Part shown: positions 18,008-27,659 of the stretch, in pieces
Numbering within the stretch: position 1 is the first letter of the stretch
How the letters are laid out: each line of letters starts with the position of its first letter
Source: Actinomycetota bacterium
GTDB taxonomy: Bacteria; Actinomycetota; Acidimicrobiia; Acidimicrobiales; Ilumatobacteraceae
DNA: 57,988 nt
Direction of reading: 5' to 3'
Assembly: GCA_009927665.1 (NCBI GenBank)
Contig: RFMM01000179.1
Span: 1-57,988, forward strand
The notes under the pieces: model-generated
The model's database searches: none
Told to the model about the DNA's origin: nothing
Seen by the model: the letters and a program-made list of their open reading frames with translations, nothing else
Program-made: the position numbers and the translations under genes

Positions 18008-19972
18008 GTGACAACCAGACTGCGGGCGAGCGACGATCGCCTCGCAGTCGCAATGATCCGTGGCTTGGCGATGGATGCTCCGCTTGCTGCCAAGAGCGGT
18101 CATCAGGGCACCGCGATGGCGCTCGCTCCACTCGGTCACGTGCTGTACAGCCGGGTGATGAAGCATGACCCGCAGCAACCGTTGTGGCATGACCGTGATC
18201 GTTTCGTTCTCAGCAATGGGCACTCGTCGATTTTGCAGTACGCGCTGTTGTATCTCCAGGGCTACGCAGTGGAACTCGACGATCTCCGCAATTTCCGACA
18301 GTGGGGTTCGATTACACCGGGTCATCCCGAACGCGGCCACACCCCGGGTGTCGAAGTAACTACCGGCCCACTCGGGCAGGGTTTCGCCAACGCGGTCGGA
18401 ATGGCACTGGCCGAGCGTCATCTGCGCGCACGATTTGGGGCCGATCACTGCGATCACCACACCTTCGTTATCGTCGGCGACGGCTGCCTCATGGAGGGCA
18501 TCAGCCATGAGGCAGCATCGCTGGCTGGGCATCAGCGACTCGAACGTCTCATCACCGTGTTCGACGACAACAAGGTGACGATCGACGGCAGCACTGATCT
18601 CTCGTGCAGTGATGATGTTGCACAACGCTTCGCCGCCTATGGGTGGAATGTGGTGCAACTCGGTGACGTCGGAGATGACCTCGATGCGCTCGAGCGTGCA
18701 CTGCTTGACGCCAAGGCGCATACTGGCTCGCCAACCCTGTTGATTCTGCGCACTCACATCGGCACACCGTCGCCCGAGTTGACCGACAAGCCTGAGGCAC
18801 ATGGCAACCCGTTCACTGCAGCCCATGTCACGGCAACCAAGAACGTGATGGGTATCCCCGACGAGCCGTTCTATGTTGATGCTGACGTTGTCGAGTCGAT
18901 TCGCAAACATGCAGCGGCTCGCGGTAGTGCGGCGCGCAGCTCGCATGAAGCTGCAACTCGCGGGGCGAGTGCTGAATGGCGCCAGATGTGGGATCCATCA
19001 CCAAGTGACGAGTGGCGTTCGGCTCCCCCATTGTTTGATCCAGCAACTTCCATCGCAACTCGCGTTGCCGTGCAGAAGGCACTTGACGCCTCATCAGCTG
19101 ATGTGCCCGGAATGATTGTCGGTGCTGCCGACCTTACGGGCAACACCGGAACCAAGCTCTCGAATACACACGCAATGAGCGCCACCCAACCTGACGGTCG
19201 CCAGATGTACTACGGCGTGCGTGAGCACGCGATGGGGGCAATCGCAGTCGGCATGGCACTGCACGGTGGCGTGCTGCCAGTCGTCGGTACGTTCTTCGTG
19301 TTCGCCGACTACATGCGCCCCGCACTTCGCCTAGCTGCGCTCTCTCGGGCCAAAGCAGTGTTCGTCTTTTCGCACGACTCTGTTGGTGTCGGTGAAGATG
19401 GTCCGACACATCAGCCGGTCGAACAACTGGCGTCACTTCGGGTGATTCCTGGTTTGCGGGTGGTTCGCCCCGCCGACGCCAACGAGACAGCACGCGCCTG
19501 GCGCCAGGCGTGCGACCATCCCGGCCCGACGGCACTCATCTTGTCGCGTCAGAACACGCCGATTGTCTGCGATGGTTCAGCAATCGAGCGTGGTGCAGCG
19601 ATCGTGCGTGACACTGACGGCTCGCCACGAGTCACCATCATCGCCACCGGAACCGAAGTTGCCGTTGCCATCGCGGCCGCAGAGGCTCTGGCTGAGCAAC
19701 ACATTGACGCTCGCGTTGTTTCGATGCCCTGCCCTGAGCTTTTTGCGACGCAAGATCCAACTTGGCGGGCGCATGTTCTGCCAGTCGGGGTCCCCACTCT
19801 CTCGATTGAGGCGGCGAGTACATTCGGTTGGAGCACCTTTGCCGACGACTCCATCGGTATCGACCGATTCGGTGCGAGTGCACCCGGCAACCTTGCACTG
19901 AATCGTCTTGGTATCTCCGTCGAGAATCTGGTGCATCGCACCAAAGACCTGCTCGACGCACTCGGGGCATAG
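18008..19972 (+). CDS. tkt: transketolase
   Basis: SGHQGTAMALAP, GDGCLMEGISHEA (TPP motif) and about 655 aa. The GTG at 18008 gives a typical N-terminus. The ORF-track start at 17945 overlaps the preceding ORF. Confidence 0.9.
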   Translation: MTTRLRASDDRLAVAMIRGLAMDAPLAAKSGHQGTAMALAPLGHVLYSRVMKHDPQQPLWHDRDRFVLSNGHSSILQYALLYLQGYAVELDDLRNFRQWGSITPGHPERGHTPGVEVTTGPLGQGFANAVGMALAERHLRARFGADHCDHHTFVIVGDGCLMEGISHEAASLAGHQRLERLITVFDDNKVTIDGSTDLSCSDDVAQRFAAYGWNVVQLGDVGDDLDALERALLDAKAHTGSPTLLILRTHIGTPSPELTDKPEAHGNPFTAAHVTATKNVMGIPDEPFYVDADVVESIRKHAAARGSAARSSHEAATRGASAEWRQMWDPSPSDEWRSAPPLFDPATSIATRVAVQKALDASSADVPGMIVGAADLTGNTGTKLSNTHAMSATQPDGRQMYYGVREHAMGAIAVGMALHGGVLPVVGTFFVFADYMRPALRLAALSRAKAVFVFSHDSVGVGEDGPTHQPVEQLASLRVIPGLRVVRPADANETARAWRQACDHPGPTALILSRQNTPIVCDGSAIERGAAIVRDTDGSPRVTIIATGTEVAVAIAAAEALAEQHIDARVVSMPCPELFATQDPTWRAHVLPVGVPTLSIEAASTFGWSTFADDSIGIDRFGASAPGNLALNRLGISVENLVHRTKDLLDALGA

Positions 19973-19981
19973 CAGACCGCC

Positions 19982-21085
19982 ATGAACCGCCTTCAACGTC
20001 TCTACGCCGAGTGTGGTCAGAGTCCATGGCTCGACAACTTGCGTCGAGGTTGGATTACAGGCGGTCAGTTGGCCGCACTACGAGATCGCGGGGTGCGCGG
20101 TCTCACCAGCAATCCGACGATTTTTCAGAAGGCAATTCAGGGTTCGAGCGATTACGACGAACAATTCAGCGCACTGACTCGATCGAATGTCGCACCCCGC
20201 GATGCGTATTGGAGCTTGGTGTTGCGCGATATCGACTCGGCCCTCGACGTCTTTGCCCCCGTATACGAAGCCTCTGGTGGAGAAGATGGCTTTGTCAGTG
20301 TCGAGGTCGACCCGACGCTTGCGCACGACAGTGCAGGCACCTTGACATCAGCGCGAGACCTGCATCAGCGGGTCGACCGCCCAAACGTGATGATCAAGAT
20401 TCCGGCCACGCGTGAAGGTCTGCCGGCGATTCGCACCATGATTGCTGAAGGTCGCAGCGTGAACGTGACCCTCATTTTCAGCCTCGAGCGATATGCCGAG
20501 GTGCTCGAGGCGTATGTTGCAGGTCTTGAAGACTTCGCACGCTCAACCTCGGCCAGTCTTTCCGGGGTCTCGAGCGTTGGAAGTTTCTTCATCTCGCGCG
20601 TCGACACTGAGGTAGATCGCCGACTCGAAGCCCTCGGCTCGACAGATGCAATGCATCTGCGCGGCAAAGCTGCAGTTGCCCAAGGCCAGCTCGCTTACCG
20701 CATGTTCACGGAGAAGTTTCAAGGCGCCCGCTGGAGTGCGCTTGCTGCTCGTGGTGCTCGAGTGCAACGGCCGCTCTGGGCGTCTACATCAACGAAGAAC
20801 CCCTCGTATCGCGACACGTTGTACGTCGAAGAACTCATCGGGCCACACACCGTCAACACCCTGCCTGACGCCACCCTTGAAGCCTTTGATGACCACGGTG
20901 TGGTGGCTCGTCGAGTTGACCTCGACGTTGCTGCTGCCGAACACACTTGGCAAGCGATTGGTGCCGCTGGTGTCGACCATGGTGCTGTTGCCGAACAACT
21001 CGAGCGTGAGGGTGTCAGCAGTTTTCAAAAGAGTTTTGACGAATTGCTGACCGCGCTCACCGCCAAAGCTGCTGAGCTCGGATAG
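19982..21085 (+). CDS. tal: transaldolase (actinobacterial long type)
   Basis: SNPTIFQKAI and VMIKIPAT (Schiff-base Lys), 367 aa, immediately downstream of tkt. Confidence 0.9.
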   Translation: MNRLQRLYAECGQSPWLDNLRRGWITGGQLAALRDRGVRGLTSNPTIFQKAIQGSSDYDEQFSALTRSNVAPRDAYWSLVLRDIDSALDVFAPVYEASGGEDGFVSVEVDPTLAHDSAGTLTSARDLHQRVDRPNVMIKIPATREGLPAIRTMIAEGRSVNVTLIFSLERYAEVLEAYVAGLEDFARSTSASLSGVSSVGSFFISRVDTEVDRRLEALGSTDAMHLRGKAAVAQGQLAYRMFTEKFQGARWSALAARGARVQRPLWASTSTKNPSYRDTLYVEELIGPHTVNTLPDATLEAFDDHGVVARRVDLDVAAAEHTWQAIGAAGVDHGAVAEQLEREGVSSFQKSFDELLTALTAKAAELG

Positions 21086-21088
21086 TTG

Positions 21089-21293
21089 TTACGCCTGGCG
21101 TTGCACTGACTCGAGCGTGGCGATGGCCTTTTCGACAGCGCGGCGCGCTTGCGTTATCGCCCGTTCTTCAGCAGGTCGCTTGGTCTGACCCTCACGTGAA
21201 GCTTCTGACAAGACGGCGATCGCATGGTCAGCCAGATCTTCTGAGACCGCGCGCAGACGGTCGAGCACATCGCTCAGATCGCGCGGTGTCGAC
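21089..21293 (-). CDS. small helical hypothetical protein
   Basis: ORF downstream of typA. The ORF-track start at 21352 overlaps typA by 46 nt, whereas the GTG at 21293 gives 67 aa (VSTPRDLSDVLDRLRAV...). Codon usage looks coding. No family recognised. Confidence 0.35.
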
Positions 21294-21306
21294 ACGATGA
21301 GAGCCG

Positions 21307-23136
21307 TTAGCCCTTCTTGTTGGCGCGACGCCGATCTTCGAGGCCAAGCCATCGCTTGCGAATGCGAATCGTCTTCGGGGTGATTTCGACGAGTTCGTCA
21401 TCGCCGATCCACTCGATGGCAGATTCCAACGAGTGAATCACCGGCGCAGCAAGCTTGACACCGTCGTCGTGACTGTGCGTGCGAATGTTCGTCTTCTCCT
21501 TCGCGCGCACTGCGTTGACCACCATCTCTTCGTTACGAGAACACTCGCCCACGACCATGCCTTCATACACCTCATCGCCAGGCTCGACAAACAGCGTGCC
21601 GCGCAGCTGCAAATTGTCGAGTGCGTAGGCCGTCACCATGCCGATGCGGTCGGCGATCATCGCACCGCCCAATCGGTGTGGAACCTCGCCCGCCCAAGCT
21701 TCAAAACCAGCAAAGCTTTGATGCACGAGGGCGGTACCGCGGGTCACAGAAAGCAACAGCGAGCGGAAGCCGATAAGACCGCGTGACGGAGCATGAAAAT
21801 GCATGATCGTTCGCCCGGGGTCACCTTGGCGCATGTCGACGATGCGGCCACGTCGCGGGGCGAGGGCTTGGGTGACCGCGCCGACGTATTCGTCGGGCAC
21901 ATCGACCGTGCCGCGTTCAAACGGTTCGTGAGTCTTGCCATTGACATCTTTGGTGATGACTTCAGGGCGACTGACTTGCAGCTCGTAGCCCTCGCGTCGC
22001 ATGTTCTCAATCAAGACCGCCAGTTGCAGTTCTCCACGCCCGGCTACTTCAATCACGTCTGGCGAATCGGTGTCGCGCAGCTTGATCGACACATTGCCGA
22101 GCACTTCGCGCGCCAATCGTTCACGCAGGTGGCGGCTGGTGACGTAGTCGCCCTCGCGACCCGCGAAGGGCGAAGTATTGACGCTGAAGCTCATGCGCAG
22201 CACCGGTTCGTCAACTTCAAGTCGCGGTAGAGCCACCGGATTCTCGCTGTCTGCCAGCGTGTCGCCAACTTCCACCTCTTCGATTCCTGCGAGGATGAAC
22301 AAGTCACCTGCCGCAATGGTGTCTACTTCAGTGCGTCCGATGCCGCTGAACTGCGACAAGTGCGACACTCGACGGCGCAACTGTGTGGGTTCGCCGTTCA
22401 CGGGCTTGCCAAGAAGCGAAACGAAGTCACCTTTGCGCAGGGTGCCTGCATGTACTCGACCGATTGCCAGACGACCGAGATAGTCGCTTGCGTCAAGGTT
22501 CGTGACGAGCGCTTGCAGTGGAGCGCTTGCGTCACCATCAGCCGGTGGAATCGTGTCAAGAATGGCGTCGAGCAGGGGCACCAAGTCGGCATCTTGACCC
22601 GGCATGCCGATGCCCTTCATCGCTCGCCCTTCGCGCGCCACGGCAGAAATCACTGGGAAGTTGAGGTGATCGTCTTTGTGTGCGAGATCGAGAAACAGGT
22701 GTTCGACGTCGAGTAGCACCTCTTCGGGGCGTGCATCTTGTCGATCAACCTTGTTGATGACAAGCACGACTGGCAGGTCTTGGGCGAGCGCTTTACCCAA
22801 GACATATCGGGTCTGCGGTAGCGGACCTTCTGCGGCATCGACGAGCAGTAGAACACCGTCAACCAAGGCGAGCGCACGCTCGACCTCGCCACCAAAGTCG
22901 GCGTGACCTGGGGTGTCGACGAGGTTGATCTTGATCCCGCGCCACGCCACTGATGCGGCCTTCGCGAGAATCGTGATACCGCGTTCTCGTTCTTGATCAT
23001 TTGAGTCCATGACGCGCTCAACGACCTGTTGATGGGCAGCAAAGGCTCCGGTCTGGCGCAACAACTCGTCAACCAAGGTGGTTTTGCCATGGTCAACGTG
23101 CGCGACGATGGCGACGTTACGAAGATGATCGGTCAG
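21307..23136 (-). CDS. typA: translational GTPase TypA/BipA, apparent CTG start
   Basis: [14 protein letters not shown] and NKVD, about 609 aa. The G1 loop [18 protein letters not shown] lies upstream of the ORF-track TTG start (23076). That frame is open only back to the TGA at 23143-23145. It contains no ATG, GTG or TTG before the P-loop, only ATC (23139) and CTG (23136). Confidence 0.88.
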   Translation of the reverse strand: MTDHLRNVAIVAHVDHGKTTLVDELLRQTGAFAAHQQVVERVMDSNDQERERGITILAKAASVAWRGIKINLVDTPGHADFGGEVERALALVDGVLLLVDAAEGPLPQTRYVLGKALAQDLPVVLVINKVDRQDARPEEVLLDVEHLFLDLAHKDDHLNFPVISAVAREGRAMKGIGMPGQDADLVPLLDAILDTIPPADGDASAPLQALVTNLDASDYLGRLAIGRVHAGTLRKGDFVSLLGKPVNGEPTQLRRRVSHLSQFSGIGRTEVDTIAAGDLFILAGIEEVEVGDTLADSENPVALPRLEVDEPVLRMSFSVNTSPFAGREGDYVTSRHLRERLAREVLGNVSIKLRDTDSPDVIEVAGRGELQLAVLIENMRREGYELQVSRPEVITKDVNGKTHEPFERGTVDVPDEYVGAVTQALAPRRGRIVDMRQGDPGRTIMHFHAPSRGLIGFRSLLLSVTRGTALVHQSFAGFEAWAGEVPHRLGGAMIADRIGMVTAYALDNLQLRGTLFVEPGDEVYEGMVVGECSRNEEMVVNAVRAKEKTNIRTHSHDDGVKLAAPVIHSLESAIEWIGDDELVEITPKTIRIRKRWLGLEDRRRANKKG

Positions 23137-23330
23137 GATTCGTCACCTTCATCGCCGGCAATCTCGCCATCTTCATCAAACACCACGCCGTATCGTTCGG
23201 CGATTTCGGCAAATTCGTCTTCTTCGTTCTTGGTGCTCTTCTCGCTGCTCATACCAAGGTCTGCTGCGGTCGGGCCTGACTGCTTCAACCGACGCGCTTC
23301 TTCGAACCGACGATGACGTCCCTTTTTCAC
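23133..23330 (-). CDS. small protein with a basic N-terminus and acidic C-terminus, hypothetical
   Basis: 65 aa with a GTG start, MKKGRHRRFEEARRLK...[14 protein letters not shown]. Its TGA overlaps the CTG of typA (CTGA). The architecture is reminiscent of DUF3073-type actinobacterial proteins, which is an uncertain comparison. Confidence 0.45.
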   Translation of the reverse strand: MKKGRHRRFEEARRLKQSGPTAADLGMSSEKSTKNEEDEFAEIAERYGVVFDEDGEIAGDEGDES

Positions 23331-23335
23331 TGTGG

Positions 23336-23361
23336 GGCTCCGTTAGACACAGCGGAGCCCG
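23336..23361 (-). promoter_or_regulatory. 8-bp GC-rich hairpin whose 3' arm contains the GGAG Shine-Dalgarno of the small ORF
   Basis: On the + strand, gggctccg (23336-23343) and cggagccc (23354-23361) are perfect complements with a 10-nt loop. On the coding strand the 3' arm reads CGGAGCCC, followed by CACA and the GTG start. Confidence 0.35.
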
Positions 23362-23457
23362 AGGGCCATCCGCCTAGGCGTTTGACATTGCACTACAGGC
23401 TACTCGCCGGTAACGCACAGAAGGTGCATGCGATACGGGCAGGTGACACACCCGTCA

Positions 23458-24603
23458 TCAGCTGGCAGGTATGAGCCGCAAGCGACCGTCGCGGTCAAAC
23501 GACAAGCCGAGCTCGCCTTCACGCAAGCGTTCAAGATCGCGACCAACGAGGTCACGGCGCCAGCCGGTCGCCAAACGTGATTCGCCGCCAGCCAAGAAGC
23601 CGACGACATCACGACTCGTCGCCACCAGCATCGGGTCGATGTCGTTGGCGCGCGAAAGCTCGGCAATCCACGCAGTAATGAGACTCACGACCGGCTTGAA
23701 TTTCGCGTCGAGTGCCTCGTGCTGCGCGCCTTCGATAACCACCTCGCGCTCGCGACCGGCTCTGACCGCCGCCAAGATCTCCCGCGCAATCGAGCCGCCG
23801 AGGTAGCGCTCGTCAACCCCCCGCACATGAGCGAGATCTTCGACCGAGTTGGGCAACGTCTGAGCAATCGCAACGAGGGCGAGATCACTAATCACTCGTC
23901 GAAGGGGAATATTGGTCGCCATAGCTCGTTGCTCGCGCCATGCCGCCAACGCTTGCGCCGCGCCACGTGACGCGCCCCGCAGTGACCGCGCATCTTTGAT
24001 GCGCAGCCATGCATCATCTGGGTTCGATTCTCCGAATGGCTTGCATCGCATCTCTTCGCAAGCATCTGCCGCCCAGCTCACGCGATTGAGTTCAGTCAGC
24101 CGAGAGGTGATCTGCTGATGCAGCTGCTCAAGATAAGCGACATCGCTGCGCGCATATTCGCTCTGACTCTGGGTGAGTGGCCGCCGCAGCCAGTCGGTCA
24201 TACGGTCACCCTTCGAGAGCGCGACCTTGAGCAGCGATTGCGTCAAGGTTGCAAGCGAAGGTGTTCGGTAGCCGATGAAGCCAGCAGCGATCTGGGTGTC
24301 GAACAAGCGCGAGGGAATTGCGCCGACGGCATACCGCAGTACCTCGAGGTCTTGTGCTGCTGCGTGCACGACCGCCAGACCAGGACCCTGCAGCAACGGC
24401 GCGAGGCCGCGCGGGTCAACCGCCAGCGGGTCGATGAGCACGTTCTCCCGATCCCACTGCAGTTGCACGAGCGCCAGACGAGGGAAATACGTGCGTTCGC
24501 GATGGAACTCGGTATCGATTGCATAAATCGGCGCTTGTAGCGCCAACTGCACTACCTGCGCCAATGCCGCATCATCGGCCACCATGTGCTCGGCGATCGT
24601 CAT
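23458..24603 (-). CDS. rnd: ribonuclease D (DEDD 3'-5' exonuclease plus HRDC)
   Basis: IDTEFHRERTYFPRLALVQL (ExoI) and an ARSDVAYL-type ExoIII motif, with a C-terminal HRDC-like region. 381 aa. Confidence 0.85.
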   Translation of the reverse strand: MTIAEHMVADDAALAQVVQLALQAPIYAIDTEFHRERTYFPRLALVQLQWDRENVLIDPLAVDPRGLAPLLQGPGLAVVHAAAQDLEVLRYAVGAIPSRLFDTQIAAGFIGYRTPSLATLTQSLLKVALSKGDRMTDWLRRPLTQSQSEYARSDVAYLEQLHQQITSRLTELNRVSWAADACEEMRCKPFGESNPDDAWLRIKDARSLRGASRGAAQALAAWREQRAMATNIPLRRVISDLALVAIAQTLPNSVEDLAHVRGVDERYLGGSIAREILAAVRAGREREVVIEGAQHEALDAKFKPVVSLITAWIAELSRANDIDPMLVATSRDVVGFLAGGESRLATGWRRDLVGRDLERLREGELGLSFDRDGRLRLIPAS

Positions 24604-24639
24604 GCCGGCACCGTCGAGGTCACGAGAGAGTCGCTCGAA

Positions 24640-24963
24640 TCATGGTTGATCGCCTGTAGTCAGCGGGTTACCGAGCCCAGCAAAGCCCATGGTTCCGCCA
24701 GCGACGTTTACGACATTGGTGACGCCGGCATCGTGCAGAAACTCACACGCGCGCATACTGCGACCTCCGCTGGCACAAATCACATAGACGGGCACCGTCT
24801 TGCGAAACTGCTCAACGGAATCGGGCACGCTGCCGAGTGGAATACTCACAGCCCCAGGCACATGGCCCTCGAGGTACTCATCAGACTCGCGAACGTCGAT
24901 AACCACGCCGCCGCGCTCGATGATGACCGACAACTCGCCTGCAGAGATTTCACGGATAGACAC
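24640..24963 (-). CDS. rhodanese-like sulfurtransferase domain protein
   Basis: 107 aa with the active-site loop CASGGRS. Confidence 0.8.
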   Translation of the reverse strand: MSIREISAGELSVIIERGGVVIDVRESDEYLEGHVPGAVSIPLGSVPDSVEQFRKTVPVYVICASGGRSMRACEFLHDAGVTNVVNVAGGTMGFAGLGNPLTTGDQP

Positions 24964-24974
24964 GGCGGGTGAGC

Positions 24975-25613
24975 CTAGCCATGTCTCTCACGCTGAGCGG
25001 TGATTGCGTCGAGCGTCGCGCGATCGTTGACGTTGTGGAATTCGCGTTCACTTCGCACCACACGTGTCACGCTCAGGGGCGCCATAGCGCGATGCATCGC
25101 ACGCTCGCCTGCGTCAAACATCGCCTGCAGCGTGCCAAGGGCAGAAGTGCGTGCGGCGAGACAAGTCCAGTGTTCTTGCGTGCCGTGCGCCACGGCCACA
25201 TCGCCTGCTGATGGCATATCGTGTGCATCAGCTTCATCTCGTGATGCGACTGCATCGATGAGACACGCGATTGTTGCTGGTGTTACGAGCGGCAAATCCA
25301 CTGCAACGATCACCACCACTTCGACTGCTGGCGTGCCGAACCGCAGATCTGAGGCCGCCGACAACGCTGAGATGAGTGCGCCAAGAGGGCCTTGTGCGGG
25401 ATACAAGTCGGCGACGTGCTCGCTCTCTGCAACGTCTTCGCGAAATTCGCCACCGACGTACACTCGCCTCGCGATTCCGGCGTCGCGAAGCGTGCCGAGT
25501 TGATGATGCAACAGGCTGCGGCCGTCAAACTTGACCAGTGCCTTGTCGCTGCCGAATCTGCTGCTGGCTCCCCCGACCAACACCGCACCGAGGGTGCGTT
25601 CAACCACGACCAC
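24975..25613 (-). CDS. mobA: molybdenum cofactor guanylyltransferase (MobA-like)
   Basis: GAVLVGGASSRFGSDKAL is the N-terminal NTP-transferase loop. About 210 aa. Confidence 0.75.
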   Translation of the reverse strand: MVVVERTLGAVLVGGASSRFGSDKALVKFDGRSLLHHQLGTLRDAGIARRVYVGGEFREDVAESEHVADLYPAQGPLGALISALSAASDLRFGTPAVEVVVIVAVDLPLVTPATIACLIDAVASRDEADAHDMPSAGDVAVAHGTQEHWTCLAARTSALGTLQAMFDAGERAMHRAMAPLSVTRVVRSEREFHNVNDRATLDAITAQRERHG

Positions 25614-26031
25614 GCGGGTCGCATTGAATCAGAAACTGCTGGCAGCGCACCGCCTCAGCCTCTTCACCGATGATCGCCGCATTCACCGCCAGACCTTCGA
25701 GGCATTCCAAAAAACCGCGATTTGATTCGTGTTGCCAACGTACGAAACCAGAACCGCGCCATCCGCTTGCGCGCAATTGGTCGAGACCGCGGTGATAGCC
25801 GACACGAAACGCCATATACGCCTCGATGCCTGGGGCGCTTGCACGACCGAGCGCGGCCCAAGCGTGCAACGACGTTGGAAATTTCGCTACAACCGCAGCA
25901 ATTGCCCCGCGACGAGCATCTGGTGCAATTTCAAACGCCTGTCTCAGCGCGTGAATGATCGCAACATCTACGGTCGGCAGCACGGTTTCGGGTGGACCAC
26001 TACGCGACATCGAAATCGGCTGGTCGCTCAC
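25600..26031 (-). CDS. DUF3151 family protein
   Basis: AYMAFRVGYHRGLDQLRASGWRGSGFVRWQHESNRGFLECL and IGEEAEAVRCQQFL match the conserved DUF3151 core as I recall it. Confidence 0.7.
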   Translation of the reverse strand: MSDQPISMSRSGPPETVLPTVDVAIIHALRQAFEIAPDARRGAIAAVVAKFPTSLHAWAALGRASAPGIEAYMAFRVGYHRGLDQLRASGWRGSGFVRWQHESNRGFLECLEGLAVNAAIIGEEAEAVRCQQFLIQCDPRGRG

Positions 26032-26091
26032 GGGCGCAGTCTAGAAACATTCCACACGTGACACGTTGCAGGCTGGCAGACTTGCGATGCC

Positions 26092-26397
26092 ATGGACCTC
26101 TCAGGTTTCGACGCCCAATCGGCACGAGACGTTTCGCTCTGGGCAATGGTCGCTGGTGTCGTTGGTGTGCTGCTGGTCTTGAAGTTCGTCTCATCGCTGG
26201 TCACCAAACTGTTGCTGCTGGCGGTCTTTGGGGCCGTGATCTATTTCGGTTTCGACCAACGCGATGCCCTCTCGACATGCATAGGTCAGATCACCGCCAA
26301 GGTGCAGGCGGGTGACTCGAGCGATGTCACCTGTAGTTTCTTCGGGCGTGACGTCACGGTCAACATCCCCGAAAACCTCCCGCAAGTCGGAGGCTGA
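26092..26397 (+). CDS. small two-TM membrane protein, hypothetical
   Basis: 101 aa with two hydrophobic helices, then a soluble tail with two Cys. Confidence 0.45.
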   Translation: MDLSGFDAQSARDVSLWAMVAGVVGVLLVLKFVSSLVTKLLLLAVFGAVIYFGFDQRDALSTCIGQITAKVQAGDSSDVTCSFFGRDVTVNIPENLPQVGG

Positions 26398-27655
26398 AGC
26401 ACTCGTCGACCTGCGATCGTTTCTCGACGACTCGCCGACGGCCCATCACGCGGTTGCTTCAAGCATCGCGCGCCTGTTAGATGCCGGTTTCACTTGGTTT
26501 GATGCCGGTAGCGATCTACCGTCTTTCACCGGAACACCCGTGCGGGGCTTCTTCACGCGTGGCGGCGCAGTCATCGCATTTGTCACCTCTGGGCGAGTCA
26601 ACGATCACTACCGCATCGTTGGTGCACACACCGACTCACCTGGCTTGTTCGTGAAGACCGCCCCAGAGGGTCAAGCATTCAATTTCGGCACACTCGAAGT
26701 CGAGGTGTACGGATCACCCCTCTTGAACTCGTGGCTCGACCGAGATCTCGACCTTGCCGGTCATGTCGTACGGCGCAACGGCTCACTAGCGCTCTTTCGC
26801 ACGGCTGCTCCGATTGCGCGACTTCCGCAGTTGGCGATTCACCTCGATCGATCGGTAAATGAAAACGGAGTAGTGCTCGACAAGCATGCCCATCTACGCC
26901 CCGTTTGGTCGACCGGCAGCACAGCCGTCACCATTCGTGATCTCGCAGCTGCACTTGCTGAAGTGAAGCCCGACGACGTGGTGTCAGTGCACGCCCAACT
27001 TGTCGACCACCAGCCCGCCAGCTTGCTCGGCGTCGACGCGTCATTGCTCGCATCAGGCCGCCTCGACAACCAGTTGTCATGCTGGGCAGCTGTTGATGCA
27101 ATCACGAAGGTCGAAAACAACAGCGGTGTGGCCGTAGTGGCGCTTTTTGACCACGAAGAAGTGGGTAGCGAAAGTACGACTGGTGCCGCCGGCCCCTTAC
27201 TTGAACACGTGCTCGAGCGAATCGCCCTCGCCCTCGACAAATCTCGCGCCGAATATCTGGCGATGTTGTCGGGGTCGGTGTGCTTGTCGTGCGACAACGC
27301 ACATGCCGTGCACCCGAATTATCCCGAACGCCACGATCAGAAGCATGCGCCGCTGGCAAATGCAGGCGTAGCCCTGAAGATCAACTCAAATCAGCGTTAC
27401 GCAACGTCGGCTGAAAGTGCTGCGGTTTTTTACCGGGCGTGCGCAGCAGCAGGTGTTCGTCACCAGACCTTCCATTCGCGCAACAACATGCCTTGTGGCT
27501 CAACCATTGGCCCGATCACCGCAACGCGACTCGGCGTCACCACCGTCGACATTGGCGTGCCGCAGCTGTCGATGCATTCGGCCCGTGAAGTCTGCGGGGT
27601 GTCAGATGCCCTCGATCTACCGCGCATCGCGCGCTCGTTTTTGCGCGCGGACTAG
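26312..27655 (+). CDS. M18 family (aspartyl) aminopeptidase
   Basis: FLDDSPTAHHAV, RIVGAHTDSPGLFVK, and FDHEEVGS and HSxRE-type motifs. The true start is uncertain (GTG 26312, ATG 26324 or GTG 26348). All three overlap the preceding small ORF. Confidence 0.85.
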   Translation: MTRAMSPVVSSGVTSRSTSPKTSRKSEAEALVDLRSFLDDSPTAHHAVASSIARLLDAGFTWFDAGSDLPSFTGTPVRGFFTRGGAVIAFVTSGRVNDHYRIVGAHTDSPGLFVKTAPEGQAFNFGTLEVEVYGSPLLNSWLDRDLDLAGHVVRRNGSLALFRTAAPIARLPQLAIHLDRSVNENGVVLDKHAHLRPVWSTGSTAVTIRDLAAALAEVKPDDVVSVHAQLVDHQPASLLGVDASLLASGRLDNQLSCWAAVDAITKVENNSGVAVVALFDHEEVGSESTTGAAGPLLEHVLERIALALDKSRAEYLAMLSGSVCLSCDNAHAVHPNYPERHDQKHAPLANAGVALKINSNQRYATSAESAAVFYRACAAAGVRHQTFHSRNNMPCGSTIGPITATRLGVTTVDIGVPQLSMHSAREVCGVSDALDLPRIARSFLRAD

Positions 27656-27659
27656 TTCG

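Noticed and set aside
23076-23078. The TTG start for typA given by the ORF track.
   Set aside because: It lies inside the G1 motif (GKTT-L-VD). The resulting protein would lack the P-loop, while the upstream in-frame sequence encodes a perfect [14 protein letters not shown].
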